DNA of 56,798 nt, counting the filler, from Stramenopiles sp. TOSAG23-3 (taxonomy: Eukaryota): the NCBI GenBank assembly GCA_900128585.1. It is 6 parts of 6 records of this genome, joined end to end, with 100 filler letters (N's around TTAATTAATTAA, not from the genome) between each part and the next. Parts side by side here need not be neighbours in the genome. Positions count along the whole stretch, not along the records: positions 1 to 16,922 come from LT642470.1; positions 17,023 to 33,918 come from LT642471.1; 4 more parts are not named here. One strand, written 5' to 3'. This document shows positions 9,801-20,000 of this stretch, piece by piece. The translations under genes were made by a program, and so were the position numbers. Below the pieces are notes generated by a model, which was not told the origin of the DNA, ran no database searches, and saw nothing but the letters and a program-made list of their open reading frames with translations. Within the stretch, counting starts at the first letter, position 1, and every line of letters begins with the position of its first letter.

Positions 9801-12800
9801 TTACAGAATTTTGAAGCTTAGAGATGAGCTCATCTTTTTCTTCTAGAGTTCTTGATTTTTCGTCGACAGTCTGCTCCCTGAAAGTTAAGCGAGCGCGTTC
9901 CTGCGCGAACATGTTAGTCTGCGTTTCAATTTCGATTGACCTTTCGCGTAGTTTTCTCACCAGAGACTCGTTTTTCTCCTTCAGGGCAGCCATGGATAAT
10001 TCCATTTGCTTGACTACTTCGTCCTTCTCATTGATGTCCTTCTTGTTGGCTTCGCTTAATTGTTTTTCCCTCTGGGAAAACCTTTGCCTCTCTACGCTGT
10101 ATTTTTCTTGGATTTTCGTTATTTCTTCGCTCTTCTTCTCCAGCTTACCCCATGCTTCTTCGACTTTGTTCCTTGTTTCTTCAAGAGCAGNNNNNNNNNN
10201 NNNNNNNNNNNNNNNNNNNNNNNNNNNNNNNNNNNNNNNNNNTCTTTTTCCTCAATGATGGAAACGTTGTTTGCCGAGGATTTTTTTCTTTCATTCTCAA
10301 ATTCGCTTTGCAGTTTAACCAACGCGACCGACTTTTTTTCTATTTTCTGCCACGCTTCCTCGAGTTTTTCCCGTGTCGCAATAAGTGTGGTCTGCATACG
10401 TCTCATAACACTATCTTTTTCTTCTAATGTCTTTTCGTGCTCTGCTGTCAGTCGCTCGCTTTGCTCATTTAACGCGTTCTTTTCCCTTTCAAGTCTGGCT
10501 TGAATTTCATTCAGCGCAACTTTTCGTTGGTTGTTGAAGTCCTCTTCCATTTTTGCCACCAGCGCCGCTTTTCTTTGTAAATCTGCTTCCCAGCTAGAAA
10601 ATTGCAGTTCTTTTTCTCTCAAATGTGACTGCTTTTCGACATTTTCCAACTCGTACTCCTCCACCTCTGCTTTTCTGCTTTGTAGCTGCGTTTCAAGTTG
10701 TTGCAAGGCAATGGCTCTCTCCGACGTCTGCTGGGTAATGTGCTGGGCAGCGTCGTTGGTGGCCACCATGTCTTGCTGGAGTTTCTCGATTACTTTCTTT
10801 ACATCTTGGTCCATAGCGTGTCGCTGCCTCTTTAAATTTCTTTCTTTTTTCTTCAACGCCTCGGAACGCTTGGAAAGATCTTTTTGCACTGATGCTTTGT
10901 ACTCCCCAAAGATCTTCTTTTCCCTTGAGAAGTTAGACTTTTCTTCGATTACCTCTGACTGCTCCTGCTTCACACGAATCTCGCGCTCCAAAATTTGGTC
11001 CTTGAGTGCTAGATCGTTTTTGACCTTGGCTTTATCCTCCGCGAGTTTCGCTTTTTCTTCTTGCAACTCCTTCTCTTTGACAACAAGCGCCTCATCTCGC
11101 TCCTGGAGAGCAGAAGTCTTTTGTGCTAAGCTGCTCTCTTGCTGCTTCAGTGCTTCCTGCCTCTGTTGAGCGAGTAAAACAGAGTCGTTCAGACGCTTTG
11201 TCTCGCTTGCAATTTTCTCAGATAGTTGGCGCTCTTCGGCAGATCGGTCGGCCAGACGTTTAGAAACCTCTTCATTCTGTTTTTCAAGCTTTTTTGCTTT
11301 TCTCTCGACTTCCGATTGCTTCACGAGCAAATCTGCTTGGAGTTCGTCGCATTGTTCTTCCTTCGTTTTTACCGTTATCAGCCGGCGTTCAATATCAGCA
11401 GAAAATTCTTTTTTTTCTCCTTCGAAATCTTTTCTCAATTTCATTAATTCTTCGTTGGCTTTCTCTACGGAGATTTTCATCAAGTGCACCGAGGATTCTT
11501 TCTCTTTCACCGCTCCTTCAAATGCCTTCTGTTTTTCTTTTCTCAACTCGTCAAAATGCACTTTTTGGTTTTGCATATCTTTGACGAAAAGTTCATTGGT
11601 GCCTCGGAGACGGTTATATCGATCGGTCTCCTCTTTCAAGAGCCGGCTCACTTCGTTCTTGCGATGGTGCAGTGCGTCCGTTTCATCGACAATCGCCCGT
11701 CGCTGTGAGCGAAGGTTGGTTTCCAAGGCCTTTGCATGCGATGCGACATTTTCTTCTCTTTCTCGGAGCGCCCGTCGTTCTTCCAAAAGTGCAGCCTCGG
11801 CTTTTCTCCGGGCATCCTCCAGCCGTGCTTCTTGTTCTGCAAGCTGCTGTTGCTGGGCATCACGCTCCATGTCCCAATTACTTTTCGCGAGTCTGTACGC
11901 TTTTTCCCACGCCTTTATCGATTCTGCTCGCCCATGAATTTTCGCAGCTGCTTCGGCTTTCTTTTCGGCGTCTGCAGACGCCTTGATTGCTTTCATACGA
12001 ATGTTTTCAACCTCCCGTTCCCGCTGCCTCAATCTTGTGGTCTCTTCTTGTAGACTTTCTTTAACCTTCTTGGCTTCTTCCTCTAGCATCAGTATGTTCT
12101 GTTCTTTGGCGGCTATTCTTTCCTCTGATATTTTTTTTAATTCATCAATGCCTTCTCTTTCTGCGATCAGTATTGAACGGTCCTGTTGGAGCTTTATTCG
12201 CGTGCGCTCGGCAAGCTCTAGGTTCTTCCTTCTCTGATTCTCGACGTTCCTCAGTTCTAGCTGCAATTGTTCGACCTCGGCAAGGCGCTTCGAAGTTTTC
12301 ATTGCTTCTTCATTGTGTGATTCGAGCAGCATTTGTCGTTCTTGAATCAAGCTGGTCTCTATCGATTCAATCTTTGTTTTCGATTCCATCTCGTTCATTC
12401 GCATGGTGTCTCCCAAATTTGTAATTTCTGCTTCGCGCAAATCCAACTGCTTCTCTCGCTCTTGGACAGACAATTCCATTGCTTCCAGAGTTTTGGTCCG
12501 CTGAAGTTCCCTCGCGCAAAATTCCTCTTCCTTCGTGGTCAGAGCCTCTTCTTTCTCCTTCAAGGACTGCTCGTCCTTGCTCATTGTCTTGCTCCGGATA
12601 TCGATTTGCGATTTTAATTCCGTCAGATCGGACCGTTTTTCAGCAATTGCCAACCACTCTTCTTCCAAGCTCTTGACTTGCTCCTGTTCGCTCTGTTGGG
12701 CAGTCTCTTCGTGTTTAAGAACCGCTTCTTCACGGGCCAGCAGCTCCTCTTTGAGACGATCAAGTGCCTCCGCTCTATCCGCCAGGGCTTTTTCCCAATC

Positions 12801-15800
12801 ATCTTTCTGCTTTCTAATATTAGTTGATGCAGCATCCAGGCTATTGGTTTTAGACTGCAATGCGCTCACGTCTTCCTGGACCTTCTTTTCCTGCTCATTT
12901 AACGCCACCTTTTTAGCTTGGAACGCACTTTCGTCTTCCGCCAACTTGGTGGCTCTCAACTGGCGCTCCTCTTCAATCTTCTTCCTCGCCCTTGTGAGAA
13001 CCTCTGCGGCCTCCTTCCTCGCGTCCTCTTCGATTTTTGATGCCTTTTTTCGGGTCCTTTCTTCCAGCTCCCTCATCTCCCTGTTCATGCGCTTGCTTTC
13101 TTCGTAGAACTCGTTCTGTTGTCGTTTCAACTGCTCCTTCGATGCGGTCAAATCAGCCCGAATGTTTGCGCCGGCCTCTTGAGATTTAATTTGAAGGGTA
13201 GTCAATTCAAACTGAACCCTCTTTCTCGTTTCCTCTTCCAATGCAACAAGTGCCGCCTTTCGGTTGCGTATCTCCTCCTCTGCTTCTCCCACAATCTTTG
13301 CAGCTTTCGTCTTTGCGTCTGCAACAATACCAAACGAACTCTCTGAAGCATCCTTCATTTCAGCAGCCTTGTAATTGTCTGCATCAGTTCGCACTTTTAT
13401 GGCAAACTTCTCTGCTTCTTGCTTTGTTATAGTCGATGCTGAAGCGGCATCAGCTCTCATTTTTATAACCTCTTTTTCCGCAATTTCACGTGCTTTAATC
13501 ATTGCGTCTCTCGCTTTTTGCAGCTCGCTGTGTACAATGTGCTGCTGTTTCTTCAGCTCTGTCTTGGAGGCACTGAACTCCTCCTCCATCTTGCTTTTCA
13601 TTGCCTTCACCTCTTTCTGGGCTATTTCTTGATCTTGCGCAATTTTTTTCTGGACTTCGGCCTCCTGCATGGCCAGTTCTTCTTTCCTCCGGTTCGCGTC
13701 TTCTTCTATTTTTTCCATTAACTTCCGGCCATTGGCCCTGTTCAGGGCGTCCTCTTCCTTCATCTTCGTAGCAGCGCCTTCAACGATCTCCTTTGCAGAA
13801 TTTTCCGCGGAAGATATTATCTTTTGGGCCTCCTTTTCGGCGGCAAGCTTTGAGTTCATAATAGCAATTGTTGTCTTTTCTAAGTTTTCACGGGCATCGC
13901 GCTGCTGTGCTTTGAGTTTTTCCTGCGCTTCTATTGCCTGATCGCGAATATTTTTTGCTTTCGCTTCCGCAGCGAAGAGTTTCTTCTGGATTTCTTGGCT
14001 TTTCTTGCTTACGTCTTCGTCCAGCAACTTCTGCCTTTTCGTACTCTCGAGCTGAAATTCTTCTCGCTTCTTGCTAATTTCATTCTGAATTTCAAGCATG
14101 GCGTTTCTTTTCTGCTCTTCTAATTTTGTCTTCGTATTGCTTTCGTCTTGAGCAAGCAGTTTCTTAGACTTATCTTCTCGCTCTTTAAGTGCAAGAAATT
14201 TCGCAGCGATGCTTTCATCGATCTCTTTTTGGTGGGCTTCGGCTTGCTCCGTGGCTTGAGAACGGATCCTCTCAGCGTCTTCGGACGCTTCTTTCTTCAA
14301 TTTGGAGTTCTCCCTTTGTGCTTGCTCGAACGCCAGTTCCATCATTCGTTTACCTTCGTTCAGCTGACTCTGGGCTGCATCTTGCTGGGCTTTCACATCC
14401 TCCCGGATCCTCAATGATTCGTTTTTTGCGCGGTCTAGTATGCGTACTGCGTCGGCTTTGGCTTTCGCAATTTCTGACTTTGAATTTTCTGAAAAAATCC
14501 TTTTCTCGTTCTCAAGCCTCTCTTCCGCATGGCGAATGCCAACCTCTCGCCTATTCAATTCTAAATTTAAATTTTCCAGTTCGACACGTTGGTTTTCAAA
14601 GCTCGCTAGCTTTTCCCCTGCAATCGCCTCAAACTCATCGACCCGGGCTTTCAAAGATTTTTCGCGCTGCTGGCAAGCATCAAGGCTAATTTTTTCTGTA
14701 TGCTCGGCCATGGTAAGCCTCGCGTTGATGTCAGCATCTTTGCGGATAACGTCCGCTTCCATCTCTTTGCAGAGCTTTCCCTTCCGTTCCAATTCTAAAA
14801 ACTTTTCGGCAATCAGGTTTTTTTCCTTCTGCAGCTCCGCGGAGGCCTGCTTTTCTTTTTCCTGGAATTGAGAAAATTGTTTGTCGATCTCCTCTTTCCT
14901 CGTTTGGTACAATCGTTGACTGTCGCGTTCTGCACGATCCAAAATGTCCTGAGCATTCTGGTAACCTTTTTGTCGCTGTTCCGATATTTCTTTCCGCAAT
15001 TCTTTTTCCCGTGCCCTAAGATCGTTTTCCGACGCTTTTCTTTGCTGCTCTAGTTGCCGCCGATTTTCCAATTTCTTTTCCTCGATTTCTTGCTTCGCCC
15101 TCTTCAGAAGCGCTTCCTTATCTTTCTCGAATTTCGAGTACATGTCGGCCTCTTTTTTTCGGACCCCTTCCAGCATCGACTCGCGGTCATAACTGAGCTT
15201 CAGCCTTTCCTGCTCAGTATCGTTCTGAAATGATTGGCGTTTGCTGTCCATTTCACGACGAAATTTCTCTTCTTCCTGCTTGCATTCACGGTCAAACTTC
15301 GCCTTCGCCGCTTCCATCAATCGCCTGTTCTCTATTTCACTGCCCAAAATTTTCGATTCCGCGTCCATTTTTACCTTTGCGGACGATTCTGCCAATGCTT
15401 TTACCTCTTTTGTGCGTTCTACTAATTTCGTTTCGGCGTCTGAAATCTTTTGTTCGCGGTCTTGCAAGGAACTTGCGATCCTACTTAATTCACCCTCACG
15501 GGCCTCGACCATAATTTTTTGTTCTCTAATATCGCTCAACTCCACGTTCATTTGATCGCGAGATTCCCTAATGGTGTCTGCTGCAATCTTGTTCCGCTCT
15601 TCCTTTCGCTGGCACTCCATGGCCCTTGCGTTGAGTTTTTCTTCCCTTTCTCTTTGTTCCTGACCCAAGGCGGTTAACGATTCCCGATGCTTTTCTAGTT
15701 GTTTTTCCCGCCTCTCTAAGTTCTCTTCCTGCTTTTCAAAGCCCTTTTCTTTCTCGGCGAACACTGCCTCTTGCTGTTTCAGTGCGCTGGTGCGTTCCGC

Positions 15801-16853
15801 GACCACGGTATGTTGCTCCTCTGCTGTCAGCTTTTCTTTTTGTAGAGACGCTTTGCTAGCCCTCAATTGTTCCTTTAATTCTTCGTACTTTGCATTCAAC
15901 GCTTCCAGTTCTTTTCGCGCCGATGCAGCCTCGTCGGTGTTCGATCGCACCGCAACCTCAAATTCGCTTCGCTCCTTGGACAGGTTCTTCTCGATTTGAC
16001 CAAGAGAAAGGGCCTTCTGCTGCAGCTTTGTTTCTTCCCGATGCAGTTGGTCGAATTTTTCCTTGTATTTCTTTTTCAACTTGCTTTCCCTCACTTTCAA
16101 GTCTGCCTCCTTGGCTTCCACCGTTGCGTTGAAAGCAGAATCCATTTTCTTTCGCTGTGCCTCCAACGCCGCTTCCTTGGCCTTTGATTTTGATTCCAGC
16201 GCTGCCCTTTCTCGCTGAACGATGGCTTCGACGGATTTTGCTTCAGACTTCATCTTTTCGTCGAACTCTTCGGCCTTCCGCTTCATTTCCGCTTGAAAGG
16301 TTTTTCTTTCGTTGTCCAAACTGCGAGTGAAGGCCTCCCGCTCTTTCTTCAAGGCCAGCCCTTCTTTCTTTATCCGGGACTGTTCTTTTTCAGCAGCAAC
16401 TTTCATTTGCGCCTCTTTTTTCTTTGTCGACGCCAACAGTTCTTTTTCTAATTTTTTTGTCTTCTTTTCCAACTCCATTTGTAGCTTTTTGGCTCGTTTT
16501 AATTCTAGGTCCGCGGCCGCTTTCTCTTTCTTTATGATGACGCCTTGCTGAGAGGACAGGTTGGTGATTTGGTTCGCCCTTTCGATCAAGTCTTTCTCCC
16601 TCTTGTGAAGGGCCTCGCTCAACTTCTTCAGCTCGGTTTCCTCCTTTTCTATTTTCCGCTGGCGCGAGAGGAGCGACACCGTTTGAGTCTTGAGTGACTT
16701 TTGCTGTACAGTGAGCTCTTCCTCTTTGGCGCGCGCCGTTGCCATAAATTGTCCCGCCTCCTGCGTGTGCGTCGCTGTCATCTGTGCCAATTTTTTCTCT
16801 CGGAGAAGCAGCTTGTTCTCTCGACTTTTGTACTTCTGCTCTTGCTTCGAGCT
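6872..16853 (-). CDS. Giant (>3300 aa) coiled-coil protein, 5' truncated, split in the ORF track by two N gaps
   Basis: ORFs 10119-16910, 9358-10005 and 6872-9208 are E/K/R/Q/A-rich heptad sequence. The frame resumes after each gap (ALEETRNKVEEAWGKLEKK), so the breaks come from estimated gap lengths. Confidence 0.8.
9340..10325. repeat. Internal direct duplication (period about 760-770 nt) in the coiled-coil gene, each copy containing an N gap
   Basis: 9358-9429 matches 10119-10190, and 9472-9550 matches 10242-10320. Confidence 0.9.
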
Positions 16854-16922
16854 GATGACAGCGACGCACACGCAGGAGGCGGGACAATTTATGGCAACGG
16901 CGCGCGCCAAAGAGGAAGAGCT
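16714..16922. other. Fold-back inverted duplication at contig end (probable MDA/assembly chimera)
   Basis: 16854-16922 is the exact reverse complement of 16714-16782. Confidence 0.85.
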
Positions 16923-17022
16923 NNNNNNNNNNNNNNNNNNNNNNNNNNNNNNNNNNNNNNNNNNNNTTAATTAATTAANNNNNNNNNNNNNNNNNNNNNN
17001 NNNNNNNNNNNNNNNNNNNNNN
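16923..17022. other. Artificial contig linker (N-TTAATTAATTAA-N)
   Basis: Six-frame stop linker at 16967-16978 flanked by Ns. Confidence 0.97.
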
Positions 17023-20000
17023 TTCGAAGAGCTTCTAACGACGTCATCGGACGGGAAATCCTTGCATGGCGTTGCCGCCCTGCAGGCTTGTCTGCCTCGC
17101 AACGCAAGATCCAGCTCCAGCAGCAACGTTTTCCAGGCAGAGTACCGGTCCGACACTGCTCCTGGGACTGTCCCAAAGGTCACCACGAAGACTGTCGTGG
17201 TTGACGCGGCGCCCGGAGGCAACAGAAGGAGTTTGGTGGTTTCTGAATCGAGGAATGTCAACAAGGAGCTGGAGAGCACACTTTTTAATACTGTGAAATT
17301 TATCGAGGGTAGCGCGAGGGTTCGCATTAAGAATTTGACGGGAAACTTTATAGCGGACAAAAATGGCATGCTGTGGCTCTCAAACTTTCACCAAATAGCG
17401 CTCGAACCAACAAAGCACGATAGCGAGAAAACCGACCACGACGAGCAGCCGCTTCCACCCAGTAGTCTTTCAGGAGGTGGCTCCAACGGCACGTCGGTAA
17501 GGTTGTTGGCCATGAAGAGGGAGAGGGAGCGACGTTCAGAGGGGCAGGGAAACAACGATGGGGGTGGATCAGGGGCCGCAGGAAGCAAGTCTTCTAAAGC
17601 CCACATTTTGAACTATGAAGAGGCCGAAGCACCGGACAGCAGAGAAGGTGTGCCAGGGCAATTTTCCCTCAGGAATTCGGAATTGGAACGGCCAAGCTTC
17701 CCTGGGTCACGCGGGGGGAAAGGAAAGAATAAGATATCCAGGCTGAAAACGTTAGAAAAAAGCAAACTCAAGGACCAGCAAGACAGAAACAGCCAGTCGA
17801 CACCGAACGATGACTCAACCGAAGGATCACTGCCTTCATCCAGCAAAGGCGGGAAGTTATCAAAACAGGCCAACGCAGAGATTGAAGAAAGCCGTTTTCG
17901 GAGCGAGGCACTGGTCGTTGAGCTTTCAGAGGCAACAGAGAAAATAGAAAAAATGGAAGCAAGACTTCGCGCCGAATCGACTGTGAACGCTCGCCTGACA
18001 GAGAGATTGCAGGCGCTTCGAAAGCAAGCCCACAAGGACATGACAATGGAAAAAGAGCACGAATCTGAAATTACAGGACGGCTTCGAAGGAACCTTGAAG
18101 CCGCGGTAGCTAAATGTCAAGAATCGGAAGATCGATGCACAGCGTTGACGATCAATATTTCGGAGCTTCAGTCCTCCGTATCTCAATTGCAAATCCGGTT
18201 AGATTCGGAGACAAAAGCTGCGGACAGGGAGTCAAACCGGTCCAAAGAGCTGTCGAAGAAATTGGCCAACACCCAGCGTGAGTTTGCAAGAGCGATGCGT
18301 GAGAAAGACGAGCATGTGCGACGCGAAGTCTTGGCAACGGAAGAGCGGATGAACCGCGAAATGTCACAGCGGCCGGGAACGAGCGAGAATGGCCAGGGGT
18401 CCCCCACCGCCAAACACCTGATTAGAACAGTTGACGAATTGAACAAAAAATTGTCATTGCAGCAAACTGAGCATGCATCGTTGCAAGCAGAATTGGTCAC
18501 CAGGAACCGTCTAGAGCTTCTCGAACGAGAAGAAGAATTTCAAAAACAAAGCAATTCCGATAGGCAGAACATTCAACAGATGGAAGATCGTATTCAAGAA
18601 TTGCAGTCCCAGATGTGCATCATGGTAAAAGATGTTTCCATTTCCAAAAAGCGGGAAGAAGAGCTTAACAGAAGGCTATCAGCTGCCGATGCGGAAAAGA
18701 GCCGTGTACAAGACGAGCTCATGGTGGCCCAGCAAAGTATAAAAGCTGTTCAGAGCATGGGTGACGGATCAGTGGGAAGTGCAGACCTTCAGCAAGCATC
18801 GCAAGTGTCTGCCATGAAAGCAACTTCCGAGGCAAAAATTCGACAACTGAACAACGAAGTAGATTTTTTGAGAGCACAATTAACTTCAGAGATAAAGTGC
18901 AGGTCAGATTTAGAAACTGGCCTTCAGAACACAAACGAAAAGTATTTGTCATCCAAGGAAAGGTGGGAAACGGCTCTAGGCGACTTGGAGAATTCCAAAA
19001 GGGAAAGTATGCGCGAGTTAGAAGATCGTTTCCGGCAGGAGCTGCTAATTCCTCAAGAAGAAGTCCACCGCTTGGAAGACAAAGTGCAGGCTCTGCAAAA
19101 AAACCTGGGCGAAATGGTGAAGGATTTGTCATTAGCCCGCAAGCAGACAGAAAGTTTAAGCCGAGCAAAGCAGGCCCTGACTCATGAACGCGACGGCCTT
19201 CAAGACAGGGTTGCTCATTATGTGAACGAAATTCAAGGCATGAAAAGTAAAGCGAAAGAGTCCCTCACCAAAAACTCGGCGGAAGCAGCTTTTCGCACAA
19301 CCGTAGAAACAGACATGCGAAAGCTTCAACATGAACTCGAGTATGTACGAAGTCAGTTGGCGTCTGAAATTCGCTGCAAAGAAGATTTAGAAACAGCATT
19401 ATCGCAAGCTGAGCATCAGATGGATTCCCAGCAAAGGATGTATTCAAAAGAGTTAGAGGATCAGGTGTTAAAATATAGGGAAGAAAATTCAAAGACAATT
19501 CAAAGAGAATCTGGGTTGAGAGATGCAAAAATCGCGCTGGACGGAGAAGTTTTGAATCTATCCAAGCAGTTGGCTGATTTAAAGAAGTCGTACGCAAAAC
19601 TGAGGGATCAGCATCGGGTTGATGTTGGACAGTTAGATGCAACAAAACAGAGTGCATCCCGTCTTGAGGTAGCGTTGCAAAACGCAAGGGGAACGTTGAA
19701 GCGAGAGAAAAATGCCGCCGACTCTGCCCAGAAACGGCACGAGAGAGCCATGGCAGCCATACAGCAAACAGTAAAGGAAATGAGCGACGCAAAAAATGCA
19801 GCTATTTCCGCGGCAGATGAACAAATTAAGTCTAACATGGCAAAAGTTAGTGCAACGCAAAGAGAGATGTTGACCTTAAAAGACCACATGAAGTACGAGA
19901 AAGGCCAGCATCAAAAGTTGATAGCTACGGAGCGAATGGGAAATGCTCTACAAGGCTGGCTGTTACGAAGAAGCAAAGAAAAGTTTGACCACTGGAGAGT

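Noticed and set aside
9430-10241. Programmed frameshifts in the coiled-coil gene
   Set aside because: The frame changes coincide with N gaps of estimated length (42 and 51).
16967-16978. TTAATTAATTAA as a biological motif (also 33963, 50947, 52913, 54878)
   Set aside because: Always centred in N runs; it is a six-frame stop linker.
16853-17062. Divergent pair of giant coiled-coil genes
   Set aside because: They lie on different contigs joined by an artificial linker.
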